From contig CAYHAA010000006.1 in NCBI GenBank assembly GCA_964354495.1, positions 120,001-152,000 of the forward strand: 32,000 nt of DNA. The letters run 5' to 3'. A program made the position numbers and the translations under genes. The notes under the pieces are model-generated. The model had not been told where the DNA came from. It saw only the letters and a program-made list of their open reading frames with translations, and did not search any database. How positions within the stretch are numbered: position 1 is the stretch's first letter; every line of letters starts with the position of its first letter. This stretch comes from an uncultured archaeon (GTDB taxonomy: Archaea; Asgardarchaeota; Thorarchaeia; Thorarchaeales; Thorarchaeaceae). This document shows, one piece after another, positions 17,872 through 26,025 of this stretch.

Positions 17872-18477
17872 ATGGTTGCAGAGAACTCTAAAGCTGTTTT
17901 TGTGGCAATGACCATCATATTCAGTATCTCTGCCGCAGCTTTTCTGTCCTTGAGCGATTCGAGTAATCCAGTCGATACTGGAAACACCTCAGGCATTGCG
18001 ACTCTCTCAATAATGGCCAACAGTACCGACCTGCTATATCCCGAGCTGGCCGAGGCAAGTTTCGTGTTTCTGGAGAGTGATACTTGGCGGGTTAACGCTA
18101 ATTTCATGAATGACTCCGTCGATTGGTATGATAACCTTGAGATATATGATCTAGACTTTGTGGTCACTTCAGAAGAAGTGAAGTCTATAGACGATGCGCT
18201 CTATGAGGGACTGAACAAGACTTCTCCTTCTGAGATCTCTGCTATGACGTTGTTGGAACCAGGTCCACACATCTGGTACGACATAGAAATCACATACACT
18301 GATGGCTCATGGATATACATCACCACGTTTCAAACAGAAATTGGCCATATCATAACCAACAATGGCACGGGCACTTTTGATGGGAACCTCTTGAGCGGAA
18401 CAGTCTTAGAGCCATTGTCTGCTCTTGATCGTCTTGTCTTAGCCATCTATACTATCTTCTCGAACCATCTGGGGTAG
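17872..18477 (+). CDS. Hypothetical exported or membrane-anchored acidic protein
   Basis: N-terminal hydrophobic helix, D/E/T/S-rich body, five N-x-S/T sequons. TATA-like CTATAAAG at 17841. Confidence 0.75.
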   Translation: MVAENSKAVFVAMTIIFSISAAAFLSLSDSSNPVDTGNTSGIATLSIMANSTDLLYPELAEASFVFLESDTWRVNANFMNDSVDWYDNLEIYDLDFVVTSEEVKSIDDALYEGLNKTSPSEISAMTLLEPGPHIWYDIEITYTDGSWIYITTFQTEIGHIITNNGTGTFDGNLLSGTVLEPLSALDRLVLAIYTIFSNHLG

Positions 18478-18529
18478 GACTGAAGTTTCTCTCAACATTG
18501 TCTTGGTCATTTCAGAGATACCACAGGTC

Positions 18530-18540
18530 AAAAGATATAA
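18530..18540 (+). promoter_or_regulatory. Candidate BRE-TATA promoter of the intact mvhD
   Basis: AAAAG-ATATAA about 47 nt upstream of ATG 18587. Confidence 0.45.
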
Positions 18541-18586
18541 CACCCTTCAAGATTCCCTCAAATCAATTCCAAGTGGTGCTTAGCTA

Positions 18587-18997
18587 ATGCCTCCAAAGGA
18601 CATGAACATCATCATATTTGGTTGCCAACAATGTATGTACGCTGCCTCCGACTTAGCAGGGACCATGAAGCTGCAGTACGATGCGTCGAGCAGGATCATC
18701 AGGATGCCGTGCACCGCAAGGCTCGACATCAACTTCCTTCTGAAGGCATTGCAGGAGGGTGCAGACGGAGTGCTTGTCGTCGGGTGTCATCCAGGAGACT
18801 GCGCATTCAAGACTGGAAATCTGGGGGCAGAGAGGCGGGTCCGTTTCACAAAGAAGCTGATCGAGCAGTTGGGCCTTGACGAGCGCCGCGTGAAGATGGT
18901 GTTCGTTTCTGCAGCAGAGGGCGACAAGTTTGCGGCCGAGGTCAACAAGTTCGCAGAGGAGATACGTGCGATAGGACCGAACCCAATCAGACTGTGA
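18587..18997 (+). CDS. mvhD: [2Fe-2S] hydrogenase delta subunit MvhD/FlpD (intact)
   Basis: GCQQC..AASDLAG, MPCTAR, GADGVLVVGCHPGDC, V.SAAEG.KF, GPNP. Confidence 0.95.
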   Translation: MPPKDMNIIIFGCQQCMYAASDLAGTMKLQYDASSRIIRMPCTARLDINFLLKALQEGADGVLVVGCHPGDCAFKTGNLGAERRVRFTKKLIEQLGLDERRVKMVFVSAAEGDKFAAEVNKFAEEIRAIGPNPIRL

Positions 18998-19021
18998 TGG
19001 TAGAGGTAGCAAAAGGCTTAT

Positions 19022-19046
19022 GTGTGCAAAATAATATAATGTACAC
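19022..19046. promoter_or_regulatory. Imperfect inverted repeat, candidate TA autorepression operator
   Basis: GTGTGCA-AAATAATATAA-TGTACAC (6/7 match), ending 8 nt before the antitoxin ATG. Confidence 0.45.
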
Positions 19047-19054
19047 GATATGGA

Positions 19055-19357
19055 ATGGAAACCGTTACTGCTAGATTACCTGAAGACATGGTCAAGAAGC
19101 TGGAGCTCATCGCACGGGAAGAACAGATTGACAGGTCAGAGTTGATCAGAAGAGCACTTGATATTGGGATACAGCAGTTCCTCTTGGAACGAGCACTCAG
19201 AGCGTATAGAGAAAGGCGAGTATCCCTCTGGAAGGCCGCATCAATGGCTGGTATCCCCCTACGGGCCATGATGAGAGAGGCGGACAAGGGACAGATCCCC
19301 ATAGCCTACGATGAAGAAGACCTGGAGCGTGATCTTGCATTTGTCAAGGGTCAGTAG
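19055..19357 (+). CDS. Antitoxin: ribbon-helix-helix plus UPF0175 domain
   Basis: TVTARLPE..L..IAREE.IDRSELIRRAL (RHH) and Y....VSLWKAA.MAG (UPF0175). Confidence 0.87.
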   Translation: METVTARLPEDMVKKLELIAREEQIDRSELIRRALDIGIQQFLLERALRAYRERRVSLWKAASMAGIPLRAMMREADKGQIPIAYDEEDLERDLAFVKGQ

Positions 19358-19856
19358 AGTGGTGAGCAATGCAAGTCCTCTGATTCATCTCTCGATGGTT
19401 GGGTGTCTCAACTTGCTTGAGAGATTGTTTGGCAATGTCATAATTCCCGTTGAGGTACTCGAAGTATGCAGTGCAAAGGACACTCCTGATTCGATTGTGA
19501 TATCGTCTGCAGTCGATAAGGGATGGATATTTACTAAGAATGTTGACAGCGGAGATACGGTCCTCTTGGCAAAAAGCTCTGGGATAGATATTGGCGAGGC
19601 CGCTGCAATACTACTCGCAAAACAGGAGAGAGCCTTGCTTCTTATTGATGATAAGATGGGAAGAAGTGCAGCTGAAATTCTAGGAGTCAAATGTCTGGGT
19701 ACAGTTGGTGTGCTCCTCCAGGCCCTTTCTGACTCACTACTCAACTTCAACGAATTCGTAGGGATTCTGGATCGGATGATTGATTTAGGATTTCGATTGG
19801 ACTCGAAAGTCTATAGACTGGCAATGCGAGTGGCTAAAGAACTCAAGAAGAATTAG
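19341..19856 (+). CDS. PIN-domain toxin, DUF3368 family (start codon uncertain, 19341-19362)
   Basis: VVSNASPLI, IDIGEA.AI, LLIDD..GR..A..LG...GT.GVL. Overlaps the antitoxin stop. Confidence 0.87.
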   Translation: MSRVSRVVSNASPLIHLSMVGCLNLLERLFGNVIIPVEVLEVCSAKDTPDSIVISSAVDKGWIFTKNVDSGDTVLLAKSSGIDIGEAAAILLAKQERALLLIDDKMGRSAAEILGVKCLGTVGVLLQALSDSLLNFNEFVGILDRMIDLGFRLDSKVYRLAMRVAKELKKN

Positions 19857-19858
19857 CC

Positions 19859-20217
19859 TTTCGTGCAATGCATGTATGCCGCCTCTGACCTCGCAGGTAC
19901 GATGAAGTTGCAGTATGACGCCACCAGCCCAATCATCAGGAGGCCATGTACCGCCAGACTGGACATCGATTTCCTCCTGAAAGCATTACAGGAGGGAGCA
20001 GACGGAGTGCTGGTTGTCGGGTGCTTAGGGAAATTGCGCATATATGATCGGGAATCTGAGGGACAATCGGCGTTTCAGGTTTGAAGGCAACCAGATTCAA
20101 ATGAAAGAAGCGAAAATGGAATTCATGAATGTCACTGAGCATAATCTAATTAATACCGAGGTCAACAAATCCACTGAGAAAATTCGGGCGATTGGACCGA
20201 ACCCAATCAGACTGTGA
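19859..20217 (+). pseudogene. mvhD: mvhD remnant, codon 11 to stop, frameshifted
   Basis: 49/53 aa identical to the intact copy over QCMY..VVGC. A small deletion near 19865 removes the first Cys. A net 2-nt deletion at about 20025-20034 shifts the frame, and the shifted frame continues CAYMIGNL..EVNK..IRAIGPNPIRL* to TGA 20215-20217. Confidence 0.92.
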
Positions 20218-21569
20218 TACGGGGCAAAAGTGTGGCCGAGAAGGACTCGAGTGCGAATTCAGTTTGGCTTTTGAAACGTAATTCCTTGGTCAGAAGACTC
20301 TTCCTTGGAATCTTTACAATAGGGTTTGCAGCAGGAGCATTACGGTTTCTTTTTCCATGGCAGGTACTGAATCTCGGTGGCACGGAATCTCTTATCTCAT
20401 TAGGAGGCACTCTCTCTGCCATCGGACAGGTAGTGGGGCTTCTGTTATTGAGCAGGCTGTTTCGCGGCAAGAGAAGTTCGATGCTTGTGAGTGGGTTGCT
20501 TCTTGCAGCCTTCGCACTGGCAACAGCTCTTGCTCAGGACAGTGTTGTTCTAACGTCAGCGCGACTGTTTGAGGGAGCAGGTGCAGGGTTGCTTGCGCTC
20601 CTTATCATCAGGGTGTCCTGCGAATTCGAGTCTTGCCGGGGAGAAACCGTTGGAACGTTACTGTCAGCTTTGTTCCTAGGGTCAGCAATTGGCCAAGGTG
20701 TTGCAGGGATTGCAGTAGAGAATGTATCACTGGTTCTATCATTGTCACAGCTTGCTGCGATACAATCTCTCGGATTCATACTTTTTCTCCCATTTCTTCC
20801 CGTTCTTGGATTGATGTTACCAAAAATAGAAGATCCGCCTGCACCCACGACGAACGAAGGCCCCAAAGAACACAAGCACTTTCACTTCAGTCATCTTATC
20901 AGAGCCCTTCTCACAAAGAGAGTGGTGCTTCTTGCAGCAGTCTATTTCCTCTACGACTTCTCTCACGGCTTTTACACTCCGATACTCTCCATTCTAATCA
21001 ATGACAACGGCGTTCCAATTGATCAAATAGGGTTAGGATATCTTACTGGCGACCTGGTCTGGGGAGGCACTCAGTTGTATGCCGGCCGCCTTGTAGATCG
21101 AATTGGTCACATTTGGCCTCTTGTCCTCAGCCTGCTTGCCAAGGGGACCATAGTGTTCTTCTATGCAGGAGTCTTCTCGTTCACATCACTTATTCCCCTG
21201 TTAGCTTTGGCTGGAGCATCTGAAGGCCTCTTGGAACCGGCGAGAAATGATGCGGCAATGGCCTATAGTCCGGCAAGCAGTCTGACTCATGATCACTCCC
21301 ATTATTATCTAGTTCATAGCCCGGGCATGTCTTTCTCGCTTGCAAAACACGACCATGAACATATGCATCTCACCGGCTCAGATGAGGTCGTTTCTATATT
21401 ACAGGCAGTTGGACTCCTCGGTTTTGCTATTGGAGCTAGTGGAGGAGCTTGGATGTTGCTAGAGAATTTGTCAATGTCATTCCTCACGGCAGTTGGGGGG
21501 GCAATTCTGATTCTAGCAGGAGCGCTCTCTGCAGGCTTCCAATTTGCAGGTAAAGCTGAACCACTGTAG
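20214..21569 (+). CDS. MFS transporter with His-rich loops
   Basis: About 12 hydrophobic segments, GRLVDRIG motif A in the second half, RLFEG.G. The GTG start overlaps the mvhD-remnant TGA. Confidence 0.88.
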   Translation: MIRGKSVAEKDSSANSVWLLKRNSLVRRLFLGIFTIGFAAGALRFLFPWQVLNLGGTESLISLGGTLSAIGQVVGLLLLSRLFRGKRSSMLVSGLLLAAFALATALAQDSVVLTSARLFEGAGAGLLALLIIRVSCEFESCRGETVGTLLSALFLGSAIGQGVAGIAVENVSLVLSLSQLAAIQSLGFILFLPFLPVLGLMLPKIEDPPAPTTNEGPKEHKHFHFSHLIRALLTKRVVLLAAVYFLYDFSHGFYTPILSILINDNGVPIDQIGLGYLTGDLVWGGTQLYAGRLVDRIGHIWPLVLSLLAKGTIVFFYAGVFSFTSLIPLLALAGASEGLLEPARNDAAMAYSPASSLTHDHSHYYLVHSPGMSFSLAKHDHEHMHLTGSDEVVSILQAVGLLGFAIGASGGAWMLLENLSMSFLTAVGGAILILAGALSAGFQFAGKAEPL

Positions 21570-21640
21570 ACAGCATGTACCTTTCATTCTCTACATAATT
21601 GTTTTAGCAGACTCTCTGCATTCCAAGACATGTGGCGGTT

Positions 21641-22195
21641 ATGATTGAAATCAGGCCTCTAGTGAAGTTGGATTTAACACGTCTTCATGAAATCGGTGCT
21701 GGCTATACATCATCTGCTGTATATCAGGTGGACAAGAGCGAGAACGATACACAGACTACTATCTCTCTGCATCTACAAGAACTTGAGAACCCATACAAGA
21801 AACACTGGCTGCCTGATGGGGTGATGGACGCCCGCTATGCCAAAGTGATTGGGCAGCGTTTCTCTCTGGGAGCGTACGATGGGAACGGAATGGTAGGAAT
21901 TGCGATTGCTGAGAAACAGGTCTGGAACCGTACCCTCTGGATCTGGGAGTTTCATATTGATTCGGCCTATCAGAAACGAGGGATAGGCAGACAGTTGATG
22001 GATCAAATGGCACAAGACGGGAGAGCGGCTGGGTGTCGGGTGATGGTCTGTGAGACCCAGAACACCAACGTACCTGCAATCCGTTTCTACCGGGCGGTTG
22101 GGTTCGAAGTCGGTGCGGTCGACCTCTCATATTACTCAAACAAGGATACTACTGATTTCGAGGTCGCAGTGTTCATGAAGCGGTTCATCGAATAG
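21641..22195 (+). CDS. GNAT acetyltransferase (streptothricin-acetyltransferase-like)
   Basis: YQKRGIGRQL acetyl-CoA motif and ETQNTNVPA.RFY..GF. Confidence 0.88.
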   Translation: MIEIRPLVKLDLTRLHEIGAGYTSSAVYQVDKSENDTQTTISLHLQELENPYKKHWLPDGVMDARYAKVIGQRFSLGAYDGNGMVGIAIAEKQVWNRTLWIWEFHIDSAYQKRGIGRQLMDQMAQDGRAAGCRVMVCETQNTNVPAIRFYRAVGFEVGAVDLSYYSNKDTTDFEVAVFMKRFIE

Positions 22196-22216
22196 ACTCC
22201 TACTCTTTTGGAAGGA

Positions 22217-22663
22217 CTAGTCCAGTTTCTTCTTCATATGATACGCACTGACCTTGAATCCTAGTTTCTCATAGAGGCGTCTTGCCTGCTTAGCCTTGAC
22301 GGGGCAGGTCAACCCAATCATGTCGGTACCGGCTCGTTTGAAGACATCAATTAGGTTCTCTAAGAGGAGTGTACCAATTCCCTGCTCTCCATACTCTAGA
22401 TTGACAACCAATAGTTCAATAGTGGCCACCTTTGAAACTCCCCAGTTCTCCAAGACCGCTCTTGGTATCTCCCGAAAATACCCGTAGACAACTCCTACCA
22501 CTCTGTTGTCCTCTTCAGCAACAATACAGCCCTCGGGAAATGCATGGGTTATCTTCAGATCATCTTCGTTTATTGGCCCATCAAAGAAGGCACACTCGTT
22601 CGCCAACTTGATGACTGAATCTGTGTCTCTCTTCTCGAATTGGCGTATTTGCAGCTTGGTCAC
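22217..22663 (-). CDS. GNAT acetyltransferase
   Basis: LVV..EY..QGIGT.LL and A.RLYEKLGF. Start placed at GTG 22663. Confidence 0.85.
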   Translation of the reverse strand: MTKLQIRQFEKRDTDSVIKLANECAFFDGPINEDDLKITHAFPEGCIVAEEDNRVVGVVYGYFREIPRAVLENWGVSKVATIELLVVNLEYGEQGIGTLLLENLIDVFKRAGTDMIGLTCPVKAKQARRLYEKLGFKVSAYHMKKKLD

Positions 22664-22740
22664 CCACTGATTCTGAAAGTGTAAGTCTATTGAACATAAC
22701 GCAACCAGAGAAAGAGCTCTTGCTGGGGTCACATAGAAAC

Positions 22741-22765
22741 ACTATTAACAATAGTTAATGCATTA
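22741..22765. promoter_or_regulatory. Three overlapping AT-rich inverted repeats upstream of the iron permease (candidate metalloregulator operator)
   Basis: ACTATT-N3-AATAGT (22741-55), ATTAAC-N4-GTTAAT (22744-59) and TAATGCATTA (22756-65), abutting the RBS GAGGTGA. Confidence 0.5.
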
Positions 22766-22778
22766 GAGGTGACCGACA

Positions 22779-23654
22779 ATGATCATTACACCAACCATCA
22801 TTTCACTTCGAGAAGGCCTTGAGGTAGCTCTGATACTTGTAATCATGCTATCCTACCTGAAGAAGACCAATCAATCTGATCTAAGAAGGTTTGTCATTAA
22901 TGGAAGTGTATTCGCGGCAGTTGTAAGTCTTGGAGTCGCTATTGTAGTAGGCCTCTTCTGGGGTGTATTTGAAGGTGCAATGTTGAACATATTCGAGGGT
23001 ATTGCCGTTCTCATTGCTGCTCTTCTTCTCACTACAATGATTCTCTGGATGTGGAAGGTCGGTTCGTCGGTGGCAAAGGATATTGAAACATCGATGGAGA
23101 GTAGTATCATCAGACAGAGTGGCATCGGGCTTGCACTCCTGAGTTTCTCGCTTGTTCTACGAGAAGGCGTAGAGATATCGTTATTCAGCATGGCACTTGT
23201 AATCCAGGAAGGCGATTTGAGCTACGTTGGTGTTGCTCTTGGCCTAGTACTCGCTGCAGGAATCGGTTTTGGAATTTACAAGGAATCGCTTAAGATCAGT
23301 ATGAAGTCTCTTTTCAAATGGACCTCAGTCTTTCTTATCCTCTTTGCAGCTGGAATGATTGCATATGGCATTCACGAACTACAAGAAGCAGGTCTGCTAC
23401 TGATTGGACCACTCGAAGCGTGGAATATCAATCCTCCACTACTGCCTGACGGAAGTTACCCTGTGTTACACGAAAATGGGGTAATAGGTGGACTTGCTAA
23501 GGCGTTGTTCGGATACAATGGCAATCCCTCTGCACTCGAAGTCGCCGCGTACCTCACATACATCACAATGGCCATTTCCTACTTCTGGAGAAAACGAAAG
23601 ACTGTAGTATCGATAGGCCAGAGAGAATCCATGAAAGTAGCTCCTGCAAGCTGA
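22779..23654 (+). CDS. FTR1/EfeU-family iron permease
   Basis: Two REGxE motifs (LREGLE, LREGVE) and about 7 TM segments. Confidence 0.93.
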   Translation: MIITPTIISLREGLEVALILVIMLSYLKKTNQSDLRRFVINGSVFAAVVSLGVAIVVGLFWGVFEGAMLNIFEGIAVLIAALLLTTMILWMWKVGSSVAKDIETSMESSIIRQSGIGLALLSFSLVLREGVEISLFSMALVIQEGDLSYVGVALGLVLAAGIGFGIYKESLKISMKSLFKWTSVFLILFAAGMIAYGIHELQEAGLLLIGPLEAWNINPPLLPDGSYPVLHENGVIGGLAKALFGYNGNPSALEVAAYLTYITMAISYFWRKRKTVVSIGQRESMKVAPAS

Positions 23655-23905
23655 TGATACTTCGATATCAATCACTGCCACCTGCATCTGCCTATTACCA
23701 TTAGTTCATATGAAGATAATTAACTCATGACAGGAGAAAAAAGAAAGAATCTGACTCAGCTCATTGATTCAGTATAGACTGAGTGAAATCCCAATAGGAT
23801 ATCCAACTTGGAGAAGTATTATCGTTTTTGGCTACTAGTATCTCATTTATTACCAAATCAGCTGATAACCAGACTCAAGAAAAAACATGTGAATTAGGGT
23901 GCATT

Positions 23906-24730
23906 ATGAAAATGGCAAAGGTCCCAAAACAGAAGAATACGCTAAAAGAAAGGATTCATCGGCTTATCAGTGATAATGAGCGTTGCATCTTGGCACTGGA
24001 CGAGCTTGAGAATGACATTGAAGTCCAGACCTTACTGGAAGATAGCAACAGAATGGCTATAGATCGCATGGCCTATTCAGACCATGGACATACCCATTCA
24101 CTCATTGTGGCTCTTAATGGAATTAAGTTGATTCGTGCGCTCAGCAGCGGACTTCAGCCATCGATAGTCCAGGAAGAAACTGGCGACCTCAAGGATGCTG
24201 AATTGGTGGTCATGCTTGGCTGCTATCTACATGACATCGGCATGGTTCTCGGCAGAACAAACCATGATGAGTTCTCAGTCGTTCTGGCAATTCCAATCAT
24301 CGATAGAATTCTTGGAAAGGTCTACCCGAAGGACCGACACAAGCAGGTTCACATACGCGATCATATTATTCATGCCATCTACTGCCATGACAAGGTCGCT
24401 CCTCCCATGACAATAGAGGCTGGTGTCGTTGGAGTAGCTGACGCGCTAGACATGACGAAAGGAAGAGCGAGAATCCCATTTGAGGCTGGAAGTGTCAACA
24501 TACACTCTGCATCAGCAATGGCAATCGAGGATGTGAAGATTCGAAAAGGCGAAACCAAGACTGTTCGCATCGAGGTCGATATGACCAATGTGTCCGGCAT
24601 ATTCCAGATTCAGGAGCTCCTTGAAAAGAAGATCAGGAATGCACGGTCTCTCATAGACCACATAGAGCTGTATGCAATCATGGCACCAAAAGAGGATGCA
24701 ATTCTAAAGAAAGAGCTTAGAGTGCTATAA
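23906..24730 (+). CDS. HD-superfamily phosphohydrolase (COG3294-like)
   Basis: DHG..H, YLHDIG, HAI..HD and ADALDM.KGRARIP. Start placed at ATG 23906 or 23912. Confidence 0.87.
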   Translation: MKMAKVPKQKNTLKERIHRLISDNERCILALDELENDIEVQTLLEDSNRMAIDRMAYSDHGHTHSLIVALNGIKLIRALSSGLQPSIVQEETGDLKDAELVVMLGCYLHDIGMVLGRTNHDEFSVVLAIPIIDRILGKVYPKDRHKQVHIRDHIIHAIYCHDKVAPPMTIEAGVVGVADALDMTKGRARIPFEAGSVNIHSASAMAIEDVKIRKGETKTVRIEVDMTNVSGIFQIQELLEKKIRNARSLIDHIELYAIMAPKEDAILKKELRVL

Positions 24731-24843
24731 GTGACTCGTACATTTGTGTGAAAGACGCTTTCGAAGTCGCACATATCGGCTAGTATATATGCACGGAACC
24801 GAACACTCTCTCTTGGATGTACTGCACCGCAGAGGCTTAGCTG

Positions 24844-25299
24844 ATGAAATTGGATGACATTGACTCTAAGATAATCGCAATGCTTCAAGAGGATGGGCGA
24901 CAGTCCTACAACGATATAGCCGAGGCTGTCGGGCGAACTGAGGTCACAATCAGACGCCGCGTGAAACGACTGAAGGATACGGGCTACATCAAGCGGTTCA
25001 CCGTGGTTCTAAATCCTATGAAGATAGGAAAACGAATTCGTGCAATAATCCGTGTGAAGACAGCAATAAAGGAAACAACTCTCATCTCCAAGAAACTGAG
25101 GACTTTCAAGGAAGTGGACGAGGCCTACTTTCTGGATGGTGCATGCGGTCTTATCATGACCGTCACAGTGGATGACCTCACAGAACTCAGGATGTTCCTC
25201 GAGAAACGCCTTGGTGGTATTCAAGGTGTTAGTGATGCGGAAACCTGCATAATCCTTGAAGAGATTAAGTCGGCATTTTCAGACCCTGGTGCTCTATGA
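24844..25299 (+). CDS. Lrp/AsnC transcriptional regulator
   Basis: LDDID.KII.MLQ.DGR.SY..IA..VG....TIRRRVKRL...G.I HTH plus a RAM domain. Confidence 0.93.
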   Translation: MKLDDIDSKIIAMLQEDGRQSYNDIAEAVGRTEVTIRRRVKRLKDTGYIKRFTVVLNPMKIGKRIRAIIRVKTAIKETTLISKKLRTFKEVDEAYFLDGACGLIMTVTVDDLTELRMFLEKRLGGIQGVSDAETCIILEEIKSAFSDPGAL

Positions 25300-25736
25300 T
25301 GCAGTACGAACTGCAGATCTCTAGGAATGAGCTCATACGGCTACAGGACCATGCGGAGAGGATGCTCCCCGATGAAGCAGTCGCTCTCCTCTTTGGAACC
25401 ATATCAGGTATCTCTGTACATGTGACCCTGGTGGAGCTCATTGAGAACACATCCGCTACCGCACACACATCCTTCTCGGTGAGCCCCGAGGTAGAGTATA
25501 GTCTTCTAGTCGAAGCAGAGCAACGAGGTGAATCCCTAGTTGGGATATTCCACTCTCATCCTGCACCTCCTAGACCATCTCAGAGCGACCTGAGGAACAT
25601 GCGTTTCAATCCTGTTGTGTGGTTGGTGGCATCAAAACTCACTGGAAGCTGGATTGTCAAAGGGTATGCCCTGGAAGAGAACCGCGCTGTGGAAGTCGTC
25701 ATGCATGTCGTGGAATCTCGTGATTCAATCCCTTGA
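25296..25736 (+). CDS. JAMM/MPN+ metalloprotease
   Basis: N-terminal Glu (PDEA) plus HSH-x6-S-x2-D (HSHPAPPRPSQSD). Confidence 0.9.
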   Translation: MMQYELQISRNELIRLQDHAERMLPDEAVALLFGTISGISVHVTLVELIENTSATAHTSFSVSPEVEYSLLVEAEQRGESLVGIFHSHPAPPRPSQSDLRNMRFNPVVWLVASKLTGSWIVKGYALEENRAVEVVMHVVESRDSIP

Positions 25737-26025
25737 TAGTTCCAGATGTTCTCCTCGGTTCGAATGACACAGGAGTGTCTTCGACCACTCCAATCACCGC
25801 CGCTGCTGTGATGATCTGCTGCAGAGAGTCCGCACTGCATTGAAGGACACCGACTCCTGTTTCCTCGTCGAAGTCGAGAAGGTACAGCCTTGAGTCTGCT
25901 GCATGAACCTCGCCGTAGAGTGACAGTACACTCTTCCAAAGGGCGGTAGTGAGATACTTTCCATTGACAGGTTTTCCTTCTCTATGAAGGTGAAAGAGAA
26001 GGTATCTTCTTCGGTTCTTTCTCAT
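25699..26025 (-). CDS. rnp2: RNase P protein component 2 (Pop5/Rpp14)
   Basis: RRRYLLF..LYG and TSGTIK. Lies downstream of rpp30 in the conserved operon. Confidence 0.87.
   Translation of the reverse strand: MRKNRRRYLLFHLHREGKPVNGKYLTTALWKSVLSLYGEVHAADSRLYLLDFDEETGVGVLQCSADSLQQIITAAAVIGVVEDTPVSFEPRRTSGTIKGLNHEIPRHA

Larger units (their letters stand above)
17784..19858. mobile_element. 2,075-bp insertion inside mvhD carrying a surface protein, an intact mvhD and a toxin-antitoxin pair
   Basis: The flanks rejoin into one mvhD reading (..ATC|TTT..). No integrase, transposase, TIR or clear TSD was seen, so the mechanism is unknown. Confidence 0.7.

Noticed and set aside
18587-18997. Higher GC of the intact mvhD as evidence of foreign origin
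   Set aside because: Hand counts give about 55% GC for both the intact copy and the conserved part of the remnant, so GC does not discriminate.
17784-19858. Terminal inverted repeats or target-site duplication for the insertion
   Set aside because: Only matches of 6 bp or less (e.g. TGACCA/TGGTCA) or a single shared T were found, which is within chance expectation.
19863-20084. 73-aa ORF as a functional short MvhD
   Set aside because: It lacks the first Cys and loses the fourth to a frameshift. It is the first frame of the pseudogene.
23727-23900. Short ORFs between FTR1 and the HD gene
   Set aside because: 16-29 aa, with no convincing RBS or recognisable features.
24748-24762. TGAAAGACGCTTTCG as an Lrp operator
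   Set aside because: Lrp/FFRP sites have AT-rich centres, and a 5-bp inverted repeat is expected by chance.
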